A DNA stretch of 64,000 bases from Candidatus Acidiferrales bacterium (GTDB lineage Bacteria > Acidobacteriota > Terriglobia > Acidiferrales > UBA7541). The stretch is taken from NCBI GenBank assembly GCA_035307985.1, contig DATGHM010000019.1, positions 16,076 through 80,075 on the forward strand. Direction: 5' to 3'. Below the pieces are notes generated by a model. The model was not told the origin of the DNA and made no database searches. It saw only the letters and a program-made list of their open reading frames with translations. Below are positions 28,083 through 37,234 of the stretch, in pieces (within the stretch, counting starts at the first letter, position 1; the number at the start of each line of letters is the position of its first letter). The position numbers were made by a program, and so were the translations under genes.

Positions 28083-28215
28083 TTCTCTCCGCAAGCAACG
28101 ACCCGGAATCCTGTCGCCAAAGTATCCGGAGCGAACGCCGGCAGTTGCTTTTTCCATCGCTGCGGCATCCAATGCGTTGGGCTCATTCCCATGCAAGTCC
28201 AGGTTGAGGTGACGT

Positions 28216-29424
28216 ATGCGCGAAGCTGTGATCGTGAGTTCGGTGCGGACGGCAGTGGGCAAAGCGCCAAAGGGAACGCTGCGCGCGACGCGCCCCGATG
28301 ATCTTGCGGCGGTCGCCATCAAAGAAGCCGTGTCGCGCGCGAAGGGGCTCGAACCGCGACAAATCGAAGACGTGATTCTCGGTTGTGCCATGCCTGAAGG
28401 CGAACAGGGAATGAACGTCGCGCGAATCGCGTCGCTGCGGGCGGGTTTGCCGGTGGAATCGTCGGCGATGACGATCAACCGGTTCTGCTCGTCGGGCCTG
28501 CAAGCCATCGCGCTGGCCGCTCAACGGATTATCGCGGGACAAGGGGATGTGGCCGTTGCCGGCGGTACCGAGTCGATGAGCATGGTGCCGATGGGAGGCA
28601 ACAAGATTGCGCCGAACCCCTGGCTGATGGACCACTACCCTGACGCGTACCTGGGCATGGGCTTGACCGCGGAGAATCTGGCCAAGAAGTACGGGATCAC
28701 ACGCGAGCAGGCCGACGAATTTTCGCTCGCGAGCCATCAAAAAGCGCTCGCCGCGATCGCCGACGGGAAATTCGAGGACGAGATTGTGCCCGTCGAGGTG
28801 AGCTACACGCAGCTTGAAAATGCCGCCGGGGTGAATGGAAACCCCAGCAGCGCGCGAACGAAAACAGTGAAAGTCACATTCGATACCGATGAAGGGCCGC
28901 GGGCAGACACGTCGCTCGACGCGCTGGCAAAACTGAAGCCTGCTTTTCACGCTCACGGCACAGTTACGGCCGGAAACAGCTCGCAAATGAGCGATGGCGC
29001 GGCGGCCGCGATGGTGATGAGCGCCGAGCGGGCTCGCGAACTGGGACTCAAGCCGATGGCGCGGTTCGTCGCGTTTGCGACGGCGGGATGCCCGCCCGAG
29101 GAAATGGGGGTGGGTCCGGTGTTCGCGATCCCCAAGGCGCTGAAGATTGCGGGGCTGAAGCTCGAAGACATCGACGTGATCGAGTTGAATGAGGCTTTCG
29201 CGGCGCAGGCGTTGAGCGTGATCAAGCTTGCAGGACTCGATCCGGCACGCGTGAACGTCAACGGCGGCGCGATCGCACTGGGGCACCCGCTCGGATGCAC
29301 GGGCGCCAAGCTCACGGCAACGGTTCTTCGGGAGCTCGATCGGCGCAATGGCCGCTACGGCCTGGTGACGATGTGCGTCGGCGGCGGCATGGGCGCCGCG
29401 GGGATTTTCGAGCGCGTCCCATAG
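28216..29424 (+). CDS. acetyl-CoA C-acyltransferase (thiolase)
   Basis: 402 aa with [11 protein letters not shown] (active Cys), [27 protein letters not shown] and CVGGGMG. Confidence 0.95.
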   Translation: MREAVIVSSVRTAVGKAPKGTLRATRPDDLAAVAIKEAVSRAKGLEPRQIEDVILGCAMPEGEQGMNVARIASLRAGLPVESSAMTINRFCSSGLQAIALAAQRIIAGQGDVAVAGGTESMSMVPMGGNKIAPNPWLMDHYPDAYLGMGLTAENLAKKYGITREQADEFSLASHQKALAAIADGKFEDEIVPVEVSYTQLENAAGVNGNPSSARTKTVKVTFDTDEGPRADTSLDALAKLKPAFHAHGTVTAGNSSQMSDGAAAAMVMSAERARELGLKPMARFVAFATAGCPPEEMGVGPVFAIPKALKIAGLKLEDIDVIELNEAFAAQALSVIKLAGLDPARVNVNGGAIALGHPLGCTGAKLTATVLRELDRRNGRYGLVTMCVGGGMGAAGIFERVP

Positions 29425-29524
29425 ATTTGGGAAAAGAGCCCGAAGCTTGCGTTGCTCTCTGCGGCGGGTTCCCGGTAACATAAGATTCGCTCGGATTTGT
29501 TCCGGTCCTTCAGCGAGACAACTT

Positions 29525-29974
29525 ATGGCTGCTGCCTGGTATTTTGCCTATGCGAGCAACATGAATCGCGCGCAGATGCGGTCGCGCGCAGGGGAGATTC
29601 TCGAGGAGAAGCTCGGGCGCCTGGAAAATTACGAGCTCGCTTTCAACAAGAAAGTGCGCGGCGGGACGGCCGGGGCGAACGTTCGCCCCGCGCCGGGCAA
29701 GTTCGTCGAAGGCGTGCTCTACAAGATCAACGAATCGGCGTTCCGCAATCTGGATCGGGCCGAAGGGGCGCCCGTGCACTACAGGCGCATCCAGGTGACG
29801 GTGAAAGATCGCGACGGCAAAGACACGGCCGCGCAGGCCTTCATCGCCGCCAAAGTGGAAAAAGGATTACGCCCGGCCGGCCATTACCTGAAAACCATCC
29901 TCGAGGGAGCGACGGAGCACGGCTTGCCCGCGGAATACATCGAATCGATCAAATCGTCGGCCGAGGCGGGCTGA
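29525..29974 (+). CDS. gamma-glutamylcyclotransferase (AIG2/GGACT-like)
   Basis: Internal ATG 29525 of track ORF 29447..29974. YFAYASNMN...YELAFNK...EGVLYKI pattern. Confidence 0.8.
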   Translation: MAAAWYFAYASNMNRAQMRSRAGEILEEKLGRLENYELAFNKKVRGGTAGANVRPAPGKFVEGVLYKINESAFRNLDRAEGAPVHYRRIQVTVKDRDGKDTAAQAFIAAKVEKGLRPAGHYLKTILEGATEHGLPAEYIESIKSSAEAG

Positions 29975-30046
29975 GCCCGGGCGTTTGCTCTTTGCGGTTC
30001 CAGGCGAGACAATCGCGGATAGCCGGCGGTACAAATCGAGGGAGTC

Positions 30047-31852
30047 ATGGCCACTAAACCTTCCGAACCTGCGGCGCAAACTCTGAACCGCGGCGGCGCG
30101 TTCCTGACCGCCGCATGCACTCCGGACGACGTTTTCACTCCAGCTGATCTCACGGACGACCAGCGGCTGATCGGCCGGACGGCCGAGGAGTTTGTCGCCA
30201 AGGAAGTGGTTCCGAATATTCCCGAGCTCGAGCAGCACAAAGAAGGGCTCATGGCCGAGATGTTGAAGAAAGCCGGCGAGCTTGGCCTGCTCGGCGGAGC
30301 GATTCCGGAAGAATACGGCGGCGCGGCGCTGGACAAGGTTTCCGCGACGATCCTGGCCGAGAAACTCGCCGGTTACGCCTCCTTCGCGGTTTCGCACGGC
30401 GGCCACGCCGGCATCGGCACGATCCCGATCGTTTATTTCGGCACGGAAGAGCAGAAGACGCTTTTCCTGCCGAAGATCGCCACCGGCGAAAAACTTGCCT
30501 GTTATTGCCTTTCCGAGCCGCAGGCCGGTTCGGATGCGCTCGCCGCGCGCACGCGCGCCGTTCTGTCGCCCGACGGAAAAAGCTGGATTCTGAACGGTCA
30601 GAAAATGTGGATCACGAACGGCGGCTTCGCGGACGTATTCACCGTGTTCGCGAAAGTGGATGGCGAGAAATTCTCCTGCTTTATCGTCGAGAAAGGCACG
30701 CCCGGCTTCTCTGTCGGCGCGGAAGAGAAAAAGATGGGCATCAAGGGCAGTTCGACTGTGCCGATCTTTTTCGAGAACGCGGCGATTCCGAAGGAAAACC
30801 TGCTTCATGAAGTCGGGCGCGGGCACATCGTCGCGTTCAACACGCTCAACGTCGGCCGTTTTTCGCTGGGTGCATATTGCCTCGGCGGAGCAAAGCACGT
30901 TCTTGCGGCGGCTTCGAAATATGCGAAGGAGCGGACCGCTTTCGGCAAATCGATTTCCGAATTCGGCCTGATCAAGGCGAAGCTCGGCGAAATGGCGATT
31001 CGTATCTACGCCGTGGAGTCGATGATCTATCGATCCGCCGGGATGGTGTCCGCCGCCGTGGCCGAACCGAAATCCGGCGCGGACAAAACGCAGCAGGCCA
31101 TGCAAGTCCTCGAGGAGTATGCGATCGAGAGCTCGATCAGCAAAGTCGCAGGCAGCGAGACGGCCGATTACTGCGTGGATGAAGCGGTGCAGATTTTCGG
31201 CGGTTATGGATATCACGAGGATTATCCCGTCGCGCGCGCCTACCGCGACAGTCGCATCAATCGGATTTTCGAAGGCACCAACGAAATCAACCGGATGCTG
31301 ATCATCCAGATGCTGATGAAGCGCGCCATGGCGGGCGTCCTGCCGCTGATTCCCGCGGCGATGAAGCTGGCGGACGAGGTGCTGTCGGGACCGTCGTTTG
31401 AGGAATCGCCATCCGGCGCGTTTGCTGAGGAAGAACGCTCGCTCGCGCAGGCGAAGAAGATTTTCCTGCTGGCGGCCGGCTCGGCGGTGCAGAAGTATCG
31501 CGAACAACTCTCCGATCGCCAGGAAATCGTGGCAGCCCTGGCGAATATCGCCATGGATGTTTACGCGATGGAATCCTCGCTTCGCCGGGCGCAAAAATCA
31601 TCCGCAGTTCGGGGCGAGAACGCCGGCGCTCTAAGCGATGCGGCGCGCGTGTTCGTCTACGACGCGATGGATCGCGTGGAAAAAGAAGCGCGCGCGGCGC
31701 TGGCGGCGACCGTCGATGGCGATACGCTTCTCACCCAACTCGCTGTGCTCCGCAGATTCGCCAAGCACTCCCCGCTCGACACGATCTCCATGCGCAGGCG
31801 TATTGCTGATGCTGTACTCGCGCAGGATCGCTATCCTTTCGAGGGACGTTAG
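30047..31852 (+). CDS. acyl-CoA dehydrogenase (long ~600-aa type)
   Basis: CYCLSEPQAGSDA, WITNGGFADVF, QIFGGYGYHEDYPVARAYRDSRINRIFEGTNEI. Confidence 0.9.
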   Translation: MATKPSEPAAQTLNRGGAFLTAACTPDDVFTPADLTDDQRLIGRTAEEFVAKEVVPNIPELEQHKEGLMAEMLKKAGELGLLGGAIPEEYGGAALDKVSATILAEKLAGYASFAVSHGGHAGIGTIPIVYFGTEEQKTLFLPKIATGEKLACYCLSEPQAGSDALAARTRAVLSPDGKSWILNGQKMWITNGGFADVFTVFAKVDGEKFSCFIVEKGTPGFSVGAEEKKMGIKGSSTVPIFFENAAIPKENLLHEVGRGHIVAFNTLNVGRFSLGAYCLGGAKHVLAAASKYAKERTAFGKSISEFGLIKAKLGEMAIRIYAVESMIYRSAGMVSAAVAEPKSGADKTQQAMQVLEEYAIESSISKVAGSETADYCVDEAVQIFGGYGYHEDYPVARAYRDSRINRIFEGTNEINRMLIIQMLMKRAMAGVLPLIPAAMKLADEVLSGPSFEESPSGAFAEEERSLAQAKKIFLLAAGSAVQKYREQLSDRQEIVAALANIAMDVYAMESSLRRAQKSSAVRGENAGALSDAARVFVYDAMDRVEKEARAALAATVDGDTLLTQLAVLRRFAKHSPLDTISMRRRIADAVLAQDRYPFEGR

Positions 31853-31906
31853 GCGCGATACCGGGGAATTCCGTTTTTACAGCTGCTCCGATAGCCATCG
31901 CAGGGG

Positions 31907-32191
31907 CTTGAAGAGTTTAAACTCTTTTGGTTTGCGGCCTCCATTCGCGCTCCGAACTTTGTTTGACGATTTGGCGAGGCGCGGCTGGCTCCCTGGCGCG
32001 CTGAAAACACGGGCACGGTGTGGCGTTCCTCGCAGATTAACCGCGTGAGGGCTGGTTAGGGCGAGGCTCGGCGCCCTTCCTATCGTCCAATGAACAGAGC
32101 GCCAACCCCCGAGTGATAGAAAGGAAGTCGTGCCATGCCAGTTCGCGAAAAGTAAGTTCGAAGCACGAATGGAGGCTGCAAACAAAAAAAC
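31907..32191. mobile_element. MITE-like element: two ~70-80-nt inverted arms of a dispersed repeat family
   Basis: Left arm ..cttttggtttgcggcctccattcgcgctccgaactttgtttgacgatttggc. The right arm read in reverse is gtttttttgtttgcagcctccattcgtgcttcgaacttacttttcgcgaactggcatggcacgacttcctttctatcac. Confidence 0.55.
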
Positions 32192-32231
32192 GGTTCCGAA
32201 TTTCTCAAATCGAAGCCACACCTGCAGCCGA

Positions 32232-32975
32232 TCAGACGGTCTTGTCTTTCGAGTAACAAATTTTCTCGAGATTGCATTCGAGGCACTTCGGCTTGCGCGC
32301 CTGGCAAACTCGCCGCCCGTGCCAGATGAGCTGGTGGGAGAACAAGATCCACTTTTCCTGAGGGATTACCCGCATCAAGTCCCGCTCAATTTTCTTGGGA
32401 TCGGTGTTTGTGCTCAGGTCCAGGCGACCGGCAAGCCGCAGCACGTGCGTGTCGACGACCACGCCGGCGGGAATTCCGAACGCCGTGCCGAGAACAACGT
32501 TCGCGGTTTTTCGCGCGACGCCCGGCAGCGTCAGCAGTTCGTCCATCGTTTTCGGCACCTGGCCGTCGAACTCCTCCACGATTTTCTTGCTCGCGCCCAT
32601 GATCGATTTTGTTTTGTTCCGGAAGAACCCGGTCGGGCGTATTTCCTTCTCCAGCTCAGCGGGATTCGCGTAGGCGAACGCCTGCGGGCCTGGATACCTG
32701 GGAAAGAGCGTGGCTGTGACCTGGTTGACGCGCTCGTCGGTACACTGCGCCGAAAGAATCGTCGACATCAGAAGCTGAAAGGGATTTTCGTGCACCAGCG
32801 CGCAGGTCGCGGCGGGATAGGCTTCGTCGAGCTTCTGCAGGATCGCGCGAACGCGCGCCGGATCGGTTCCCCGCCCTGCGCCCGGTTTCGACTTCCCCTT
32901 CGTGCGGCGGGAACCAGCGGCGGCTTTCTTAAGGCGCGAAGGCTTGGGCGCGAGCTTCTTCTTCGTTTTCGCCAT
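32232..32975 (-). CDS. nth: endonuclease III
   Basis: HhH-GPD LTLPGVARKTANVVL and 4Fe-4S cluster loop CQARKPKCLECNLEKIC. Lys-rich N-terminal extension. Confidence 0.9.
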   Translation of the reverse strand: MAKTKKKLAPKPSRLKKAAAGSRRTKGKSKPGAGRGTDPARVRAILQKLDEAYPAATCALVHENPFQLLMSTILSAQCTDERVNQVTATLFPRYPGPQAFAYANPAELEKEIRPTGFFRNKTKSIMGASKKIVEEFDGQVPKTMDELLTLPGVARKTANVVLGTAFGIPAGVVVDTHVLRLAGRLDLSTNTDPKKIERDLMRVIPQEKWILFSHQLIWHGRRVCQARKPKCLECNLEKICYSKDKTV

Positions 32976-33017
32976 GGCGCGAAAAACTATAACACACGCG
33001 CAATTCTCATCCCGGAG

Positions 33018-33998
33018 CTAGTCCGCGAAGAAGAGGGTCTGCGCAAAGGGCCATTCCGCGTCGCACCACTGGCCCGCGCGACGGAAGCCTGCGCGCTCTC
33101 CCATGGCGACGACCTCTTCGCGATCGTACTTATGCGAGCTTTCCGTCCAGATCGTCTCGCCTTCGCGAAGATAGAGGCGAAAACGGGCCTGATGGATCGT
33201 GACGCGCTGCCAGTCCGTCGAGCGAAGATGCATCTCGACGCGCCGCTCGGATTCATCCCAGCGGACCACGTGCTCGAAGCGCGACAGGTCGAAATCGGCG
33301 CCGAGTTCGCGGTTCATGCGCGAGAGCAGGTTCTTGTTGAAGGCGGCGGTCACGCCCGCAGGATCGTCGTACGCCAGGAGAAGCTGCGAAACGGGCTTCT
33401 CGAGATCGGTTGCGAGCAGCAGCGCGTCGTCCGCACGCAGGGTCGCGCGAACCTGCCCCAGAAATTGTTCGCCGGCCGGCCGGTCGAAATTGCCGATCGT
33501 GCTGCCGAGAAACAGCACGAGCAGGCGTTCGTCGTTGAGACGCCGCGCAGCAACTTCGCGCAAACCTTCCAGGTAGGCGCGCTCGAAACCGACGATGCTC
33601 ACCGAGTCGATCTGCCCGAGTTCCTTTTCGCATCGATGGAGAGCCGATTCGGAGATGTCGATGGGGTAATAATTCACGCGCTGCCGGCGCGCGAGCGCTT
33701 CCAGCAGCCAGCGAGTTTTCTGGCCGGTCCCGCTGCCGAGTTCCGCCACGATCACCGGCTCGGGAATCTTTTCCACGATTTCCGCGGAGTGCTTCCGCAA
33801 CAAACGCATGCCAGCGCGGCTGAGACCGTACTCTGGCAGAAGACAGATCACGTCGAAGAGCGCGGAGCCCACCTCGTCCCACAAATACTTCGACGGAAGT
33901 TCTCTCTGGCCGGGCTGGCTCAAGCCCGTCACAACGTCGGAAGAAAATTCAACGAGCGCGCCAGTCTCGGGCTGCGGCATCCGCGGAGCGGAACTCAT
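33018..33998 (-). CDS. egtD: L-histidine N-alpha-methyltransferase
   Basis: Internal ATG 33998 of track ORF 33018..34217. LPSKYLWDEVGSALFDVI..YGLSRAG..ELGSGTGQKT..LGSTIGNF..SHKY. Confidence 0.9.
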   Translation of the reverse strand: MSSAPRMPQPETGALVEFSSDVVTGLSQPGQRELPSKYLWDEVGSALFDVICLLPEYGLSRAGMRLLRKHSAEIVEKIPEPVIVAELGSGTGQKTRWLLEALARRQRVNYYPIDISESALHRCEKELGQIDSVSIVGFERAYLEGLREVAARRLNDERLLVLFLGSTIGNFDRPAGEQFLGQVRATLRADDALLLATDLEKPVSQLLLAYDDPAGVTAAFNKNLLSRMNRELGADFDLSRFEHVVRWDESERRVEMHLRSTDWQRVTIHQARFRLYLREGETIWTESSHKYDREEVVAMGERAGFRRAGQWCDAEWPFAQTLFFAD

Positions 33999-34000
33999 GG

Positions 34001-35347
34001 CTATTCCTCCACGCAACGGAACGTCGAGTAAATGTACGGATAGTGCGGCTGAAACCAATTGCGGAACGAGCGCCTCAGCATGCAGGCGTCGGTGCGGTGC
34101 GATCCGCCTTTCATCACGAAATGTTTTCCGTCGAAGAAATTCGCGGAATAACCGGGATAAAACGAGAAAGGCTCGAATCCGGGCAGCGGACCGAAGGGCG
34201 TCGAGGTCCACTCCCAACCGTTCCCAAGGAGATCCTGGACGCCATAGGCGCTGGCACCCGCCGGATGGGCGTCAACGGGGGATGCGGTCCAACGCTCGTG
34301 ATGAAAATTGCCACGCGTGTCGTCCGGTGGCTCTTCGCCCCAGGGATAGGACCGCTCGGTTGCTTCTGCCGAACCGTAGGCGGCGCGATGCCACTGCGCC
34401 TCCGTCGGCAGTATCTTGCCGGCCCAGCGGCAGAAGGCGGACGCCTCCGCATAGCTTACGAAAACCGGCCAGGAGCGCGGCAGTGGGATCGCGCCGAACA
34501 TCGTCCGGTATTCCCAGCGGATGTCGGGATCTGTGGTGGGAGACGCCGAGCGCCGCAGCCAGAAATGCGGGTGATCGAGGCGCTGGCTGCGTTTCCATTC
34601 CCAATCTTCGCTCGCCCAGTACCTGGCGTCCTCGTATCCGCCGGCCTGAACGAATTTCAAGTACTCTCCGTTGGTGACGGGGAAGACGTCGATCGAGAAA
34701 GCCGGCACGAACACCTGTTTCAGCTCGAATTCGTTGTCCCAGCCGAACGCGGATGCGTCCTTGAGCTGTCCGAGGGTCGCCACGCCCGCGGGGATCCTGG
34801 CGCGGAGTTGTTTCGGCTCGGGCCGCGCATCCGGCATTGGGGCCGGATGAGGGGATTTCCTGGCGACGGGCATGTTGTGCAGCAGGTAGGCGAGTGTCTC
34901 AGCATGCATCAGGCGGTGCTCGATCGCGACGTTCAGAAGTCTGCCGTCGGCGACGGGGGAGCCGGCAGAGCCGAAGGCGTAGGCATTGCGTAGTGCCTCG
35001 TCCAGCGCAGCGCGACCGTGGTTGTTGTACTTTTCGATGCGCGCGATATTCGGCCAATCGTCGGGAGTATCCGACGGCAGGCCGGTGCCTACGGGATCGA
35101 TGCCAAACGCGAACAGCTTATCGAATTCGGGATTCTCGGAGGCAAGTCCAAGCGGAGCGGCGAGCAGATTCCAGTCGAAAGCCTCCAAATGACCGAGATA
35201 GAAAATCATCCGGTGGCGCTCGGGGATAGGACGGTCGTAGAACGAATTGGGCGGCAGCAGTTTGAACAAGGCGTCCGTGCGAGACCGCGCCTCAGTCACT
35301 CTCGCGAGAAGAGCCGGTTGGGGCTTGGCAGCTGTCGGGGACGACAC
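34001..35347 (-). CDS. egtB: ergothioneine biosynthesis sulfoxide synthase EgtB (DinB + FGE-sulfatase domains)
   Basis: 448 aa with IFYLGHLEAFDWN (DinB His) and a C-terminal FGE-like region WEWTSTPF..GGSHRTDACMLRRSFRNWF. The stop is 2 nt from the egtD start. Confidence 0.85.
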   Translation of the reverse strand: MSSPTAAKPQPALLARVTEARSRTDALFKLLPPNSFYDRPIPERHRMIFYLGHLEAFDWNLLAAPLGLASENPEFDKLFAFGIDPVGTGLPSDTPDDWPNIARIEKYNNHGRAALDEALRNAYAFGSAGSPVADGRLLNVAIEHRLMHAETLAYLLHNMPVARKSPHPAPMPDARPEPKQLRARIPAGVATLGQLKDASAFGWDNEFELKQVFVPAFSIDVFPVTNGEYLKFVQAGGYEDARYWASEDWEWKRSQRLDHPHFWLRRSASPTTDPDIRWEYRTMFGAIPLPRSWPVFVSYAEASAFCRWAGKILPTEAQWHRAAYGSAEATERSYPWGEEPPDDTRGNFHHERWTASPVDAHPAGASAYGVQDLLGNGWEWTSTPFGPLPGFEPFSFYPGYSANFFDGKHFVMKGGSHRTDACMLRRSFRNWFQPHYPYIYSTFRCVEE

Positions 35348-35445
35348 GGATCACCTCCGGGGAGGGAGTTCTTTTTTTACCTTGCCGCAGCCTTTGGAAG
35401 CAATACATTTGTGATTTGATGCAGGATCTTCTTGGGGAGTCGCGA

Positions 35446-36117
35446 TTATCCCGCCGAGGGGGAATTTTTGAGGATTTTCAGGGCTTTCCTAAATGCTTTC
35501 CCTCTATGGCTATACACGTTCTTCTCGGAGGGACTGACTTCGGCAAAGGTGCGGCCAAGCTTGGGAAAGAAAAAAATGGGGTCATAGCCGAAACCATTCG
35601 AGCCGCGGGGTTCGTCGGCCAGGAGGCCCTCCGCTCGATCGGACACGACCGCCAGAGCCCTGCCGCGTCGAGCGAGCGCAACAACGCAAACGAATCTCGC
35701 GCTGCGTTGGCCGCCCTGCTTACCTGTCATCTCGTGCAGCAGCTTGAGGTACCGATCCTCATCCGTCGCGCTCGGTCCCGCGTGTCGCGCCGAATGTACC
35801 CCCGGGGCGCCGCCCAGGGCCGGAACGACCAATCCCGAATCATCTGCAAGCACGATTTCGGGCGTGTACCGGCTGTAGTGGAGCGCCTTTCCGGCCGCAT
35901 TTTCCGCGAAGGTGGGCGCCGATTCGTCGAACGGCGGCAGTTCGGAAAAGTCTGGCAGCAATTCGAGTTGGAACGGCGAACCCGCCGCCATCTCCCGATA
36001 TTCGCGAAGCTTTCCCGGATTGGACGACGCCAGAACGATGCGAATGGGGCGATTGGGGGCCGACTCAGGCGTTTCGGGCAGGGAATTGTCGCCGACTCTG
36101 GAGCTGCTATCGCACAC
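35446..36117 (-). CDS. rdgB: non-canonical purine NTP pyrophosphatase (RdgB/HAM1)
   Basis: [14 protein letters not shown]...[21 protein letters not shown]...GFGYDPIFF. Overlaps the rph stop by 11 nt. Confidence 0.85.
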   Translation of the reverse strand: MCDSSSRVGDNSLPETPESAPNRPIRIVLASSNPGKLREYREMAAGSPFQLELLPDFSELPPFDESAPTFAENAAGKALHYSRYTPEIVLADDSGLVVPALGGAPGVHSARHAGPSATDEDRYLKLLHEMTGKQGGQRSARFVCVVALARRGRALAVVSDRAEGLLADEPRGSNGFGYDPIFFFPKLGRTFAEVSPSEKNVYSHRGKAFRKALKILKNSPSAG

Positions 36118-36838
36118 TGAAGTTCATGTGCAGCACGTCTTGCTGCACCTGGGTGAGCTTGCGGATTCCGCCCGCCGCCAGATCGATCAAGCGCTGCAAT
36201 TCCTGATTCGTGTAGGGCCGCCCTTCGGCGGTGGCTTGAACTTCGACGAAGCGGCCGCTCCCCGTCATCACGACGTTCATGTCGACCTGCGCGCGCGAAT
36301 CCTCTTCATAAGCCAAATCCAGCAGCAATTCGTCGTCGACGATACCGACGCTGATCGCCGCGACGGAATCGAGCAGTGGAACCTTGCGCAGAATCCCCGA
36401 GGCCACCATGCGCTCAAACGCCAGCGCCACCGCCACAAACGCTCCGGTGATCGACGCGGTTCGCGTTCCGCCGTCCGCCTGGATCACGTCGCAATCGAGC
36501 CACACCGTCCGTTCGCCGAGCGCTTTCAAGTCCGCCACAGCGCGCAACGTGCGTCCGATCATGCGCTGAATTTCCAGGGTGCGGCCCGACTGCCGTCCAC
36601 GGGATGCCTCGCGAGGAGTGCGATCCTCGGTGGCGCGCGGCAGCATTCCGTACTCGCCCGTCATCCAGCCCTTTCCCGATCCCTTCAGGAACGAAGGCAC
36701 GCCGTCGTCAACGCTGGCCGTCACAATGACGCGCGTGTGGCCCGCCTCGATCAGAACACTTCCTTCCGCGTGCGTGATGAAGTCCGGCGTGATCTTAACC
36801 GGCCGCAAGTCGTCATGCGCGCGCCCGTCTGCTCGCAA
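36107..36838 (-). CDS. rph: ribonuclease PH
   Basis: [38 protein letters not shown]...[12 protein letters not shown]...[12 protein letters not shown]. Confidence 0.95.
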   Translation of the reverse strand: MRADGRAHDDLRPVKITPDFITHAEGSVLIEAGHTRVIVTASVDDGVPSFLKGSGKGWMTGEYGMLPRATEDRTPREASRGRQSGRTLEIQRMIGRTLRAVADLKALGERTVWLDCDVIQADGGTRTASITGAFVAVALAFERMVASGILRKVPLLDSVAAISVGIVDDELLLDLAYEEDSRAQVDMNVVMTGSGRFVEVQATAEGRPYTNQELQRLIDLAAGGIRKLTQVQQDVLHMNFSVR

Positions 36839-37234
36839 TAAAAATCTCCTTTCGGATTGCGTCCGGGACGGGCCGCGCGGCCGCGTCGCACGAACGGTTT
36901 TGGCCGAAGCTCACATACATGCAGACCGCATTGTCCGGCTGATCAGGAATTTCCTGGACACAAAGCCGAGGCCGCCTTAGTTTGCCGAGCGGATGAAATG
37001 CTGTCAAATCAATTTGGGGCAGAAAGCGGCGCGCCGTGAAGCCGAGAATTGCAGAGCCGGCATTCCAATTGTGCGGTGGGCCGACTTACCGGCGTTGACC
37101 AGATTCAAGTGGATATTTCCGGACACGAGCGGAATTTGCGGATTACAGGGGGCTAGCCGCATCGGATTTCTGAGTGGCACGCCAGTGCCTGAGGAGGAAT
37201 GCCGGGGAGGCCCTGTGCAACCCGCGCGCACTTT

